Assembly: GCF_009914755.1 (NCBI RefSeq) | Contig: NC_060948.1 | From: the human T2T-CHM13v2.0 reference genome, Homo sapiens | DNA length: 64,000 nt | Direction: 5' to 3' (one strand) | Shown here: in pieces, positions 39,782 to 58,953 of the stretch | Layout of the letters: each line of letters starts with the position of its first letter | Position numbering within the stretch: position 1 is the stretch's first letter | Position numbers and translations under genes: made by a program | The notes under the pieces: model-generated | The model's input: the letters and a program-made list of their open reading frames with translations, nothing else | The model's database searches: none | Told to the model about the DNA's origin: nothing

Positions 39782-41885
39782 AGATCCATATTTTTTAAAT
39801 GAAAAAAAATTTCAAAGGTACTCTGCTTGGTACAATAATCAAATGTATAAACTGAGGAATAAAACATAACCATGAAACCTACTTATAACTGCATATGGAA
39901 AATACAGAGGATAATTTTTTAAATAACATATTTTGAAAGCCTTAACTAGTAATTTGAAGAGCTGGCATTTGAAAGGCCTGTATGAATATACCTTCAAAGC
40001 AGCAACACAGGTTCCCCATGAGAAAAAGCAAACACAGGGAAAATAAAAACACAAAGGTTCAATCTCTTCTGACCTTTGAAAGACACAGCACAGACAGTGG
40101 TCCTTAGGACGAAGAGCAGGAGACCCCTAATTCCGTCACCATGGCGATAGGGCATAAACATTGCTGGGTGAGGGCACAATCCACATTGTGAGGTCCAACT
40201 GCTGCCAGGAAGACAGGAGTGCTTTTACATAGACCGAAAGGTCATTGAAGGCTCAGAGTTTTGTTTCAAGAACTGAATCCCAAGCCCACACGTTATTAGG
40301 CTGCGCTTCTTAAAACAAGTTATGAGATGGGAAAAAGGGCACCCACAAACATACGTATACATTATGTATATAATAATATACAGTATCATATATATAATAT
40401 ATATAACCTATGTATAATATTGTTTTACATCCTGCATCTTATGTTATATATATTGTATAAAATATAATAATTGATAATATATAAGTTTTATAATTATACA
40501 ATATGACATATAGTATATATTATAATTTATGACATATATAATATATGTTATATATCATATATAGAATATATTATACGGTTAATATACGTATTAAATATAA
40601 ATTATACATTATATATATTATATATAATATATCTGTTATATATAATACCCATTATGCATAATATATATATTATGTCTATGTTATATATAGTATAAAACAA
40701 CATATAATAATATATAATTGTATATATAAAATGCGACATATAATATATATTATATTTTATAACATATGTAATATATATTATATATTATATATAATACGTT
40801 GTATGTATAATACCTATATTAAATATTTATTATATGACTATGTTATTAATTACATGTCACATGTGTTATATATTATATATTTTACATAGAATATACCGGT
40901 TACATACAATATATACTATGTTACCTATAATGTATAATTTCTTACATGAAAATAAAGAATGCAATATATTATGTATAATTTATAATATACAATATGTGGA
41001 ATGTGATATATATAACATATAATATATGATATATGATATACAGTATATGATATATAACATACAATATATGATTGCTAATATATATGGTATACAATATATA
41101 TTTTATGACATGTATTCTATATGTTTTATATTCTGTTATATATAACTATTTGAAATTATATATAACTGTATAATATTTTATGTAAATATGTAATATAATA
41201 TATATAACTATATAATATATTATATATAACTATATATTATGTTATATATACTTTTATAACATAATTTGCATAAAATATCATAATATAATATATATTATAT
41301 TATTTCATATTACATAATATATATTACATATCACCCAATATAACTAACATACATAATATTATAATATAGATTATATTATGTTATATTAAATATCATATAT
41401 ATCATGTATCATATATTCTATAATATATATTACACATTATATAATATGTATGTTGTCTATTATGTGATATATATAACTCTATATATAATTATATTATTAT
41501 ACATATAACTAGATAAACATGTAATTCTACATATTTTCATTTATAATATGAAGAATTATATAATCATATATAATTATTTATATTCTATAAAAAATTTTAT
41601 CATTATATAAATTATAATATATAAAAATTATAATATGTACTACAAATATATATATTATATATCATATCTGATATAGTACCTTTGTTATATATCATAATAC
41701 ATATAAATGTGTATTATGTTATCTATAATTATATAATTTCATATATAAGATGTATAATATGTATCATATATTATATATGTTATGTAATATATACAGTATA
41801 TATAAGATGACACAGGATAAATATTATATACTATGACATATAAAATATATCAGGTTATATGTTACATATAAGGCATAGCACATAA

Positions 41886-42200
<315 letters not shown>

Positions 42201-44321
42201 AGATCCATATTTTTTAAATGAAAAAAAATTTCAAAGGTACTCTGCTTGGTACAATAATCAAATGTATAAACTGAGGAATAAAACATAACCATGAAACCTA
42301 CTTATAACTGCATATGGAAAATACAGAGGATAATTTTTTAAATAACATATTTTGAAAGCCTTAACTAGTAATTTGAAGAGCTTGCATTTGAAAGGCCTGT
42401 ATGAATATACCTTCAAAGCAGCAACACAGGTTCCCCATGAGAAAAAGCAAACACAGGGAAAATAAAAACACAAAGGTTCAATCTCTTCTGACCTTTGAAA
42501 GACACAGCACAGACAGTGGTCCTTCGGACGAAGAGCAGGAGACCCCTAATTCCGTCACCATGGCGATAGGGCATAAACATTGCTGGGTGAGGGCACAATC
42601 CACATTGTGAGGTCCAACTGCTGCCAGGAAGACAGGAGTGCTTTTACATAGACCGAAAGGTCATTGAAGGCTCAGAGTTTTGTTTCAAGAAATGAATCCC
42701 AAGCCCACACGTTATTAGGCTGCGCTTCTTAAAACAAGTTATGAGATGGGAAAAAGGGCACCCACAAACATACGTATACATTATGTATATAATAATATAC
42801 AGTATCATATATATAATATATATAACCTATGTATAATATTGTTTTACATCCTGCATCTTATGTTATATATATTGTATAAAATATAATAATTGATAATCTA
42901 TAAGTTTTATAATTATACAATATGACATATAGTATATATTATAATTTATGACATATATACTATATGTTATATATCATATATAGAATATATTATACGGTTA
43001 ATATACGTATTAAATATAAATTATACATTATATATATTATATACAATATATCTGTTATATATAATACCCATTATGCATAATATATATATTATGTCTATGT
43101 TATATATAGTATAAAACAACATATAATAATATATAATTGTATATATAAAATGCGACATATAATATATATTATATTTTATAACATATGTAATATATATTAT
43201 ATATTATATATAATACGTTGTATGTATAATACCTATATTAAATATATATTATATGACTATGTTATTAATTACATGTCACATGTGTTATATATTATATATT
43301 TTACATAGAATATACCGGTTACATACAATATATACTATGTTACCTATAATGTATAATTTATTACATGTAAAATAAAGAATGCAATATATTATGTATAATT
43401 TATAATATACAATATGTGGAATGTGATATATATAACATATAATATATGATATATGATATACAGTATATGATATATAACATACGATATATGATTCCTAATA
43501 TATATGGTATAAAATATATATTTTATGATATGTATTCTATGTGTTTTATATTCTGTTATATATAACTATTTGAAATTATATATAACTGTATAATATTTTA
43601 TGTAAATATGTAATATAATATATATAACTATATAATATATTATATATAACTATATATTATGTTATATATACTTTTATAACATAATTTACATAAAATATCA
43701 TAATATAATATATATTATATTATTTCATATTACATAATATATATTACATATCACCCAATATAACTAACATACATAATATTATAATATAGATTATATTGTG
43801 TTATATTAAATATCATATATATCATGTATCATATATTCTATAATATATATTACACATTATATAATATGTATGTTGTCTATTATGTGATATATATAACTAT
43901 ATATATAATTATATTTTTATACATATAACTAGATAAACATGTTATTCTACATATTTTCATTTATAATATGTAGAATTATATAATCATATATAATTATTTA
44001 TATTCTATAAAAAATTTTATCATTATATAAATTATAATATATAAAAATTATAATATGTACTACAAATATATATATTATATATGATATAGTACCTTTGTTA
44101 TATATCATAATACATATAAATGTGTATTATGTTATCTATAATTATATAATTTCATATATAAGATGTATAATATGTATCATATATTATATATGTTATGTAA
44201 TATATATAGTATATATAAGATGACACAGGATAAATATTATATACTATGACATATAAAATATATGAGGTTATATGTTACATATAAGGCATAGCACATAACA
44301 TGTAATATATATCATATATAA

Positions 44322-44612
44322 TTTTTTTTTAGACAGAATCTTGTCCTGTTGCACAGGGTGGGGTACAATGGCGCCATCTTTGCTCACTGCAACTTCTGCC
44401 TCACGGGTCCAAGCGATTGTCCTCCCTCAGCCTCCAGGTAGCTGGGACTACACCACACTGGGACTACACCAGCTGCCACCATGCCTAGCTAATTTTTTGG
44501 ATTTTTAGTAGTGACAGCGTTTCACTGTATTGGCCAGGATGGTCTTGATCTCTTCACCTTGTGATCCCCTTGCCTTGGCCTCCAAATTTGCTGGGATTAC
44601 AGGCCTGAGCCA
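44322..44612 (-). mobile_element. Resident diverged Alu of unit 19
   Basis: Near-identical to 527-818; 1-bp deletion (CCTCCAGG). Confidence 0.92.
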
Positions 44613-46740
44613 AGATCCATATTTTTTAAATGAAAAAAAATTTCAAAGGTACTCTGCTTAGTACAATAATCAAATGTATAAACTGAGGAATAAAACATAA
44701 CCATGAAACCTACTTATAACTGCATATGGAAAATACAGAGGATAATTTTTTAAATAACATATTTTGAAAGCCTTAACTAGTAATTTGAAGAGTTGGCATT
44801 TGAAAGGCCAGTATGAATATACCTTCAAAGCAGCAACACAGGTTCCCCATGAGAAAAAGCAAACACAGGGAAAATAAAAACACAAAGGTTCAATCTCTTC
44901 TGACCTTTGAAAGACACAGCACAGACAGTGGTCCTTAGGACGAAGAGCAGGAGACCCCTAATTCCGTCACCATGGCGATAGGGCATAAACATTGCTGGGT
45001 GAGGGCACAATCCACATTGTGAGGTCCAACTGCTGCCAGGAAGACAGGAGTGCTTTTACATAGACCGAAAGGTCATTGAAGGCTCAGAGTTTTGTTTCAA
45101 GAACTGAATCCCAAGCCCACACGTTATTAGGCTGCGCTTCTTAAAACAAGTTATGAGATGGGAAAAAGGGCACCCACAAACATACGTATACATTATGTAT
45201 ATAATAATATACAGTATCATATATATAATATATATAACCTATGTATAACATTGTTTTACATCCTGCATCTTACGTTATATATATTGTATAAAATATAATA
45301 ATTGATAATATATAAGTTTTATAATTATACAATATGACATATAGTATATATTGTAATTTATGACATATATAATATATGTTATATATCATATATAGAATAT
45401 ATTATACGGTTAATATACGTATTAAATATAAATTATACATTATATATATTATATATAATATATCTGTTATATATAATACCCATTATGCATAATATATATA
45501 TTATGTCTATGTTATATATAGTATAAAACAACATATAATAATATATAATTGTATATATAAAATGCGACATATAATATATATTATATTTTATAACATATGT
45601 AATATATATTATATATTATATATAATACGTTGTATGTATAATACCTATATTAAATATATATTATATGACTATGTTATTAATTACATGTCACATGTGTTAT
45701 ATATTATATATTTTACATAGAATATACCGGTTACATACAATATATACTATGTTACCTATAATGTATAATTTATTACATGTAAAATAAAGAATGCAATATA
45801 TTATGTATAATTTATAATATACCATATGTGGAATGTGATATATATAAGATATAATATATGATATATGATATACAGTATATGATATATAACATACAATATA
45901 TGATTCCTAATATATATGGTATACAATATATATTTTATGATATGTATTCTATGTGTTTTATATTCTGTTATATATAACTATTTGAAATTATATATAACTG
46001 TATAATATTTTATGTAAATATGTAATATAATATATATAACTATATAATATATTATATATAACTATATATTATGTTATATATACTTTTATAACATAATTTA
46101 CATAAAATATCATAATATAATATATAATATATTATTTCATATTACATAATATATATTACATATCACCCAATATAACTAACATACATAATATTATAATATA
46201 GATTATATTGTGTTATATTAAATATCATATATATCATGTATCATATATTCTATAATATATATTACACATTATATAATATGTATGTTGTCTATTATGTGAT
46301 ATATATAACTATATATATAATTATATTTTTATACATATAACTAGATAAACATGTAATTCTACATATTTTCATTTATAATATGTAGAATTATATAATCATA
46401 TATAATTATTTATATTCTATAAAAAATTTTATCATTATATAAATTATAATATATAAAAATTATAATATGTACTACAAATATATATATTATATATCATATA
46501 TGATATAGTACCTTTGTTATATATCATAATACATATAAATTTGTATTATGTTATCTATAATTATATAATTTCATATATAAGATGTATAATATGTGTCATA
46601 TATTATATATGTTATGTAATATATATAGTATATATAAGATGACACAGGATAAATATTATATACTATGACATATAAAATATATGAGGTTATATGTTACATA
46701 TAAGGCATAGCACATAACATGTAATATATATCATATATAA

Positions 46741-47032
46741 TTTTTTTTTAGACAGAATCTTGTCCTGTTGCACAGGGTGGGGTACAATGGCGCCATCTTT
46801 GCTCACTGCAACTTCTCCCTCACGGGTCCAAGCGATTGTCCTCCCTCAGCCTCCCAGGTAGCTGGGACTACACCACACTGGGACTACACCAGCTGCCACC
46901 ATGCCTAGCTAATTTTTTGGATTTTTAGTAGTGACAGCATTTCACTGTATTGGCCAGGATGGTCTTGATCTCTTCACCTTGTGATCTCCTTGCCTTGGCC
47001 TCCAAATTTGCTGGGATTACAGGCCTGAGCCA
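46741..47032 (-). mobile_element. Resident diverged Alu of unit 20
   Basis: Near-identical to 527-818. Confidence 0.92.
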
Positions 47033-48575
47033 AGATCCATATTTTTTAAATGAAAAAAAATTTCAAAGGTACTCTGCTTGGTACAATAATCAAATGTATA
47101 AACTGAGGAATAAAACATAACCATGAAACCTACTTATAACTGCATATGGAAAATACAGAGGATAATTTTTTAAATAACATATTTTGAAAGCCTTAACTAG
47201 TAATTTGAAGAGTTGGCATTTGAAAGGCCAGTATGAATATACCTTCAAAGCAGCAACACAGGTTCCCCATGAGAAAAAGCAAACACAGGGAAAATAAAAA
47301 CACAAAGGTTCAATCTCTTCTGACCTTTGAAAGACACAGCACAGACAGTGGTCCTTAGGACGAAGAGCAGGAGACCCCTAATTCCGTCACCATGGCGATA
47401 GGGCATAAACATTGCTGGGTGAGGGCACAATCCACATTGTGAGGTCCAACTGCTGCCAGGAAGACAGGAGTGCTTTTACATAGACCGAAAAGTCATTGAA
47501 GGCTCAGAGTTTTGTTTCAAGAACTGAATCCCAAGCCCACACGTTATTAGGCTGCGCTTCTTAAAACAAGTTATGAGATGGGAAAAAGGGCACCCACAAA
47601 CATACGTATACATTATGTATATAATAATATACAGTGTCATATATATAATATATATAACCTATGTATAATATTGTTTTACATCCTGCATCTTATGTTATAT
47701 ATATTGTATAAAATATAATAATTGATAATATATAAGTTTTATAATTATACAATATGACATATAGTATATATTATAATTTATGACATATATAATATATGTT
47801 ATATGTCATATATAGAATATATTATACGGTTAATATACGTATTAAATATAAATTATACATTATATATATTATATATAATATATCTGTTATATATAATACC
47901 CATTATGCATAATATATATATTATGTCTATGTTATATATAGTATAAAACAACATATAATAATATATAATTGTATATATAAAATGCGACATATAATATATA
48001 TTATATTTTATAACATATGTAATATATATTATATATTATATATAATACGTTGTATGTATAATACCTATATTAAATATATATTATATGACTATGTTATTAA
48101 TTACATGTCACATGTGTTATATATTATATATTTTACATAGAATATACCGGTTACATACAATATATACTATGTTACCTATAATGTATAATTTATTACATGT
48201 AAAATAAGAATGCAATATATTATGTAAAATTTATAATATACCATATGTGGAATGTGATATATATAACATATAATATATGATATATGATATACAGTGTATG
48301 ATATATAACATACAATATATGATTCCTAATATATATGGTATACAATATATATTTTATGATATGTATTCTATATGTTTTATATTCTGTTATATATAACTAT
48401 TTGAAATTATATATAACTGTATAATATTTTATGTAAATATGTAATATAATATATATAACTATATAATATATTTTATATAACTATATATTATGTTATATAT
48501 ACTTTTATAACATAATTTACATAAAATATCATAATATAATATATATTATATTATTTCATATTACATAATATATAT

Positions 48576-48582
48576 TACATAT
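48576..48582. other. Junction of a 175-bp deletion in the AT-rich tract of unit 20 (7-bp microhomology TACATAT)
   Basis: Reads TATATTACAT-ATAACTAGAT. In the intact next unit TACATAT occurs at 50821 and 50996, 175 bp apart. Unit spacing is 2244 = 2420 - 175 - 1. Confidence 0.92.
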
Positions 48583-48961
48583 AACTAGATAAACATGTAA
48601 TTCTACATATTTTCATTTATAATATGTAGAATTATATAATCATATATAATTATTTATATTCTATAAAAAATTTTATCATTATATAAATTATAATATATAA
48701 AAATTATAATATGTACTACAAATATATATATTATATATCATATATGATATAGTACCTTTGTTATATATCATAATACATATAAATGTGTATTATGTTATCT
48801 ATAATTATATAATTTCATATATAAGATGTATAATATGTATCATATATTATATATGTTATGTAATATATATAGTATATATAAGATGACAAAGGATAAATAT
48901 TATATACTATGACATATAAAATATATGAGGTTATATGTTACATATAAGGCATAGCACATAA

Positions 48962-49276
<315 letters not shown>

Positions 49277-51381
49277 AGATCCATATTTTTTAAATGAAAA
49301 AAAATTTCAAAGGTACTCTGCTTGGTACAATAATCAAATGTATAAACTGAGGAATAAAACATAACCATGAAACCTACTTATAACTGCATATGGAAAATAC
49401 AGAGGATAATTTTTTAAATAACATATTTTGAAAGCCTTAACTAGTAATTTGAAGAGTTGGCATTTGAAAGGCCAGTATGAATATACCTTCAAAGCAGCAA
49501 CACAGGTTCCCCATGAGAAAAAGCAAACACAGGGAAAATAAAAACACAAAGGTTCAATCTCTTCTGACCTTTGAAAGACACAGCACAGACAGTGGTCCTT
49601 AGGACGAAGAGCAGGAGACCCCTAATTCCGTCACCATGGCGATAGGGCATAAACACTGCTGGGTGAGGGCACAATCCACATTGTGAGGTCCAACTGCTGC
49701 CAGGAAGACAGGAGTGCTTTTACATAGACCGAAAGGTCATTGAAGGCTCAGAGTTTTGTTTCAAGAACTGAATCCCAAGCCCACACGTTATTAGGCTGCG
49801 CTTCTTAAAACAAGTTATGAGATGGGAAAAAGGGCACCCACAAACATACCTATACATTATGTATATAATAATATACAGTGTCATATATATAATATATATA
49901 ACCTATGTTTAATATTGTTTTACATCCTGCATCTTATGTTATATATATTGTATAAAATATAATAATTGATAATATATAAGTTTTATAATTATACAATATG
50001 ACATATAGTATATATTATAATTTATGACATATATAATATATGTTATATGTCATATATAGAATATATTATACGGTTAATATACGTATTAAATATAAATTAT
50101 ACATTATATATATTATATATAATATATCTGTTATATATAATAACCATTATGCATAATATATATATTATGTCTATGTTATATATAGTATAAAACAACATAT
50201 AATAATATATAATTGTATATGTAAAATGCGACATATAATATATATTATATTTTATAACATATGTAATATATATTTTATATTATATATAATACGTTGTATG
50301 TATAATACCTATATTAAATATATATTATATGACTATGTTATTAATTACATGTCACATGTGTTATATATTATATATTTTACATAGAATATACCGGTTGCAT
50401 ACAATATATACTATGTTACCTATAATGTATAATTTATTACATGTAAAATAAAGAATGCAATATATTATGTATAATTTATAATATACCATATGTGGAATGT
50501 GATATATATAACATATAATATATGATATATGATATACAGTATATGATATATAACATACGATATATGATTCCTAATATATATGGTATACAATATATATTTT
50601 ATGATATGTATTCTATGTGTTTTATATTCTGTTATATATAACTATTTGAAATTATATATAACTGTATAATATTTTATGTAAATATGTAATATGATATATA
50701 TAACTATATAATATATTATATATAACTATATATTATGTTATATATACTTTTATAACATAATTTACATAAAATATCATAATATAATATATATTATATTATT
50801 TCATATTACATAATATATATTACATATCACCCAATATAACTAACATACATAATATTATAATATAGATTATATTGTGTTATATTAAATATCATATATATCA
50901 TGTATCATATATTCTATAATATATATTACACATTATATAATATGTATGTTGTCTATTATGTGATATATATAACTATATATATAATTATATTTTTATACAT
51001 ATAACTAGATAAACATGTAATTCTACATATTTTCATTTATAATATGTAGAATTATATAATCATATATAATTATTTATATTCTATAAAAAATTTTATCATT
51101 ATATAAATTATAATATATAAAAATTATAATATGTACTACAAATATATATATTATATATCATATATGATATAGTACCTTTGTTATATATCATAATACATAT
51201 AAATGTGTATTATGTTATCTATAATTATATAATTTCATATATAAGATGTATAATATGTATCATATATTATATATGTTATGTAATATATATAGTATATATA
51301 AGATGACAAAGGATAAATATTATATACTATGACATATAAAATATATGATGTTATATGTTACATATAAGGCATAGCACATAA

Positions 51382-51696
<315 letters not shown>

Positions 51697-53824
51697 AGAT
51701 CCATATTTTTTAAATGAAAAAAAATTTCAAAGGTACTCTGCTTGGTACAATAATCAAATGTATAAACTGAGGAATAAAACATAACCATGAAACCTACTTA
51801 TAACTGCATATGGAAAATACAGAGGATAATTTTTTAAATAACATATTTTGAAAGCCTTAACTAGTAATTTGAAGAGTTGGCATTTGAAAGGCCAGTATGA
51901 ATATACCTTCAAAGCAGCAACACAGGTTCCCCATGAGAAAAAGCAAACACAGGGAAAATAAAAACACAAAGGTTCAATCTCTTCTGACCTTTGAAAGACA
52001 CAGCACAGACAGTGGTCCTTAGGACGAAGAGCAGGAGACCCCTAATTCCGTCACCATGGCGATAGGGCATAAACACTGCTGGGTGAGGGCACAATCCACA
52101 TTGTGAGGTCCAACTGCTGCCAGGAAGACAGGAGTGCTTTTACATAGACCGAAAGGTCATTGAAGGCTCAGAGTTTTGTTTCAAGAACTGAATCCCAAGC
52201 CCACACGTTATTAGGCTGCGCTTCTTAAAACAAGTTATGAGATGGGAAAAAGGGCACCCACAAACATACGTATACATTATGTATATAATAATATACAGTG
52301 TCATATATATAATATATATAACCTATGTATAATATTGTTTTACATCCTGCATCTTATGTTATATATATTGTATAAAATATAATAATTGATAATATATAAG
52401 TTTTATAATTATACAATATGACATATAGTATATATTATAATTTATGACATATATAATATATGTTATATGTCATATATAGAATATATTATACGGTTAATAT
52501 ACGTATTAAATATAAATTATACATTATATATATTATATATAATATATCTGTTATATATAATAACCATTATGCATAATATATATATTATGTCTATGTTATA
52601 TATAGTATAAAACAACATATAATAATATATAATTGTATATGTAAAATGCGACATATAATATATATTATATTTTATAACATATGTAATATATATTTTATAT
52701 TATATATAATACGTTGTATGTATAATACCTATATTAAATATATATTATATGACTATGTTATTAATTACATGTCACATGTGTTATATATTATATATTTTAC
52801 ATAGAATATACCGGTTGCATACAATATATACTATGTTACCTATAATGTATAATTTATTACATGTAAAATAAAGAATGCAATATATTATGTATAATTTATA
52901 ATATACCATATGTGGAATGTGATATATATAACATATAATATATGATATATGATATACAGTATATGATATATAACATACGATATATGATTCCTAATATATA
53001 TGGTATACAATATATATTTTATGATATGTATTCTATGTGTTTTATATTCTGTTATATATAACTATTTGAAATTATATATAACTGTATAATATTTTATGTA
53101 AATATGTAATATAATATATATAACTATATAATATATTATATATAACTATATATTATGTTATATATACTTTTATAACATAATTTACATAAAATATCATAAT
53201 ATAATATATATTATATTATTTCATATTACATAATATATATTACATATCACCCAATATAACTAACATACATAATATTATAATATAGATTATATTGTGTTAT
53301 ATTAAATATCATATATATCATGTATCATATATTCTATAATATATATTACACATTATATAATATGTATGTTGTCTATTATGTGATATATATAACTATATAT
53401 ATAATTATATTTTTATACATATAACTAGATAAACATGTAATTCTACATATTTTCATTTATAATATGTAGAATTATATAATCATATATAATTATTTATATT
53501 CTATAAAAAATTTTATCATTATATAAATTATAATATATAAAAATTATAATATGTACTACAAATATATATATTATATATCATATATGATATAGTACCTTTG
53601 TTATATATCATAATACATATAAATGTGTATTATCTTATCTATAATTATATAATTTCATATATAAGATGTATAATATGTAACATATATTATATATGTTATG
53701 TAATATATATAGTATATATAAGATGACACAGGATAAATATTATATACTATGACATATAAAATATATCAGGTTATATGTTACATATAAGGCATAGCACATA
53801 ACATGTAATATATATCATATATAA

Positions 53825-54116
53825 TTTTTTTTTAGACGGAATCTTGTCCTGTTGCACAGGGTGGGGTACAATGGCGCCATCTTTGCTCACTGCAACTTCT
53901 GCCTCACGGGTCCAAGCGATTGTCCTCCCTCAGCCTCCCAGGTAGCTGGGACTACACCACACTGGGACTACACCAGCTGCCACCATGCCTAGCTAATTAT
54001 TTGGATTTTTAGTAGTGACAGCGTTTCACTGTATTGGCCAGGATGGTCTTGATCTCTTCACCTTGTGATCCCCTTGCCTTGGCCTCCAAATTTGCTGGGA
54101 TTACAGGCCTGAGCCG
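53825..54116 (-). mobile_element. Resident diverged Alu of unit 23
   Basis: Near-identical to 527-818. Confidence 0.92.
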
Positions 54117-56218
54117 AGATCCATATTTTTTAAATGAAAAAAAATTTCAAAGGTACTCTGCTTGGTACAATAATCAAATGTATAAACTGAGGAATAAAAC
54201 ATAACCATGAAACCTACTTATAACTGCATATGGAAAATACAGAGGATAATTTTTTAAATAACATATTTTGAAAGCCTTAACTAGTAATTTGAAGAGCTGG
54301 CATTTGAAAGGCCAGTATGAATATACCTTCAAAGCAGCAACACAGGTTCCCCATGAGAAAAACAAACACAGGGAAAATAAAAACACAAAGGTTCAATCTC
54401 TTCTGACCTTTGAAAGACACAGCACAGACAGTGGTCCTTAGGACGAAGAGCAGGAGACCCCTAATTCCGTCACCATGGCGATAGGGCATAAACATTGCTG
54501 GGTGAGGGCACAATCCACATTGTGAGGTCCAACTGCTGCCAGGAAGACAGGAGTGCCTTTACATAGACCGAAAGGTCATTGAAGGCTCAGAGTTTTGTTT
54601 CAAGAACTGAATCCCAAGCCCACACGTTATTAGGCTGCGCTTCTTAAAACAAGTTATGAGATGGGAAAAAGGGCACCCACAAACATACGTATACATTATG
54701 TATATAATAATATACAGTATCATATATATAATATATATAACCTATGTATAATATTGTTTTACATCCTGCATCTTATGTTATATATATTGTATAAAATATA
54801 ATAATTGATAATATATAAGTTTTATAATTATACAATATGACATATAGTATATATTATAATTTATGACATATATAATATATGTTATATGTCATATATAGAA
54901 TATATTATACGGTTAATATACGTATTAAATATAAATTATACATTATATATATTATATATAATATATCTGTTATATATAATACCCATTATGCATAATATAT
55001 ATATTATGTCTATGTTATATATAGTATAAAACAACATATAATAATATATAATTTTATATATAAAATGCGACATATAATATATATTATATTTTATAACATA
55101 TGTAATATATATTATATATTATATATAATACGTTGTATGTATAATACCTATATTAAATATATATTATATGACTATGTTATTAATTACATGTCACATGTGT
55201 TATATATTATATATTTTACATAGAATATACCGGTTACATACAATATATACTATGTTACCTATAATGTATAATTTATTACATGTAAAATAAAGAATGCAAT
55301 ATATTATGTAAAATTTATAATATACCATATGTGAAATGTGATATATATAACATATAATATATGATATATGATATACAGTGTATGATATATAACATACAAT
55401 ATATGATTCCTAATATATATGGTATACAATATATATTTTATGATATGTATTCTATATGTTTTATATTCTGTTATATATAACTATTTGAAATTATATATAA
55501 CTGTATAATATTTTATGTAAATATGTAATATAATATATATAACTATATAATATATTTTATATAACTATATATTATGTTATATATACTTTTATAACATAAT
55601 TTACATAAAATATCATAATATAATATATATTATATTATTTCATATTACATAATATATATTACATATCACCCAATATAACTAACATACATAATATTATAAT
55701 ATAGATTATATTATGTTATATTAAATATCATATATATCATGTATCATATATTCTATAGTATATATTACACATTATATAATATGTGTGTTGTCTATTATGT
55801 GATATATATAACAATATATATAATTATATTTTTATACATATAACTAGATAAACATGTAATTCTACAAATTTTCATTTATAATATGTAGAATTATATAATC
55901 ATATATAATTATTTATATTCTATAAAAAATTTTATCATTATATATATTATAATATATAAAAATTATAATATGTACTACAAATATATATTATATATCATAT
56001 ATGATATAGTACCTTTGTCATATATCATAATACATATAAATGTGTATTATGTTATCTATAATTATATAATTTCATATATAAGATGTATAATATGTATCAT
56101 ATATTATATATGTTATGTAATATATATAGTATATATAAGATGACACAGGATAAATATTATGTACTATGACATATAAAATATATCAGGTTATATGTTACAT
56201 ATAAGGCATAGCACATAA

Positions 56219-56533
<315 letters not shown>

Positions 56534-58638
56534 AGATCCATATTTTTTAAATGAAAAAAAATTTCAAAGGTACTCTGCTTGGTACAGTAATCAAATGTAT
56601 ATACTGAGGAATAAAACATAACCATGAAACCTACTTATAACTGCATATGGAAAATACAGAGGATAATTTTTTAAATAACATATTTTGAAAGCCTTAACTA
56701 GTAATTAGAAGAGTTGGCATTTGAAAGGCCAGTATGAATATACCTTCAAAGCAGCAACACAGGTTCCCCATGAGAAAAAGCAAACACAGGGAAAATAAAA
56801 ACACAAAGGTTCAATCTCTTCTGACCTTTGAAAGACACAGCACAGACAGTGGTCCTTAGGACGAAGAGCAGGAGACCCCTAATTCCGTCACCATGGCGAT
56901 AGGGCATAAACATTGCTGGGTGAGGGCACAATCCACATTGTGAGGTCCAACTGCTGCCAGGAAGACAGGAGTGCTTTTACATACACCGAAAGGTCATTGA
57001 AGGCTCAGAGTTTTGTTTCAAGAACTGAATCCCAAGCCCACACGTTATTAGGCTGCGCTTCTTAAAACAAGTTATGAGATGGGAAAAAGGGCACCCACAA
57101 ACATACGTATACATTATGTATATAATAATATACAGTATCATATATATAATATATATAACCTATGTATAATATTGTTTTACATCCTGCATCTTATGTTATA
57201 TATATTGTATAAAATATAATAATTGATAACATATAAGTTTTATAATTATACAATATGACATATAGTATATATTATAATTTATGACATATATAATATATGT
57301 TATATGTCATATATAGAATATATTATACGGTTAATATACGTATTAAATATAAATTATACATTATATATATTATATATAATATATCTGTTATATATAATAA
57401 CCATTATGCATAATATATATATTATGTCTATGTTATATATAGTATAAAACAACATATAATAATATATAATTGTATATATAAAATGCGACATATAATATAT
57501 ATTATATTTTATAACATATGTAATATATATTTTATATTATATATAATACGTTGTATGTATAATACCTATATTAAATATATATTATATGACTATGTTATTA
57601 ATTACATGTCACATGTGTTATATATTATATATTTTACATAGAATATACCGGTTACATACAATATATACTATGTTACCTATAATGTATAATTTATTACATG
57701 TAAAATAAAGAATGCAATATATTATGTAAAATTTATAATATACCATATGTGAAATGTGATATATATAACATATAATATATGATATATGATATACAGTGTA
57801 TGATATATAACATACAATATATGATTCCTAATATATATGGTATACAATATATATTTTATGATATGTATTCTATATGTTTTATATTCTGTTATATATAACT
57901 ATTTGAAATTATATATAACTGTATAATATTTTATGTAAATATGTAATATAATATATATAACTATATAATATATTTTATATAACTATATATTATGTTATAT
58001 ATACTTTTATAACATAATTTACATAAAATATCATAATATAATATATATTATATTATTTCATATTACATAATATATATTACATATCACCCAATATAACTAA
58101 CATACATAATATTATAATATAGATTATATTATGTTATATTAAATATCATATATATCATGTATCATATATTCTATAATATATATTACACATTATATAATAT
58201 GTATGTTGTCTATTATGTGATATATATAACAATAAATATAATTATATTTTTATACATATAACTAGATAAACATGTAATTCTACATATTTTCATTTATAAT
58301 ATGTAGAATTATATAATCATATATAATTATTTATATTCTATAAAAAATTTTATCATTATATAAATTATAATATATAAAAATTATAATATGTACTACAAAT
58401 ATATATATTATATATCATATATGATATAGTACCTTTGTTATATATCATAATACATATAAATGTGTATTATGTTATCTATAATTATATAATTTCATATATA
58501 AGATGTATAATATGTATCATATATTATATATGTTATGTAATATATATAGTATATATAAGATGACACAGGATAAATATTATATACTATGACATATAAAATA
58601 TATGAGGTTATATGTTACATATAAGGCATAGCACATAA

Positions 58639-58953
<315 letters not shown>

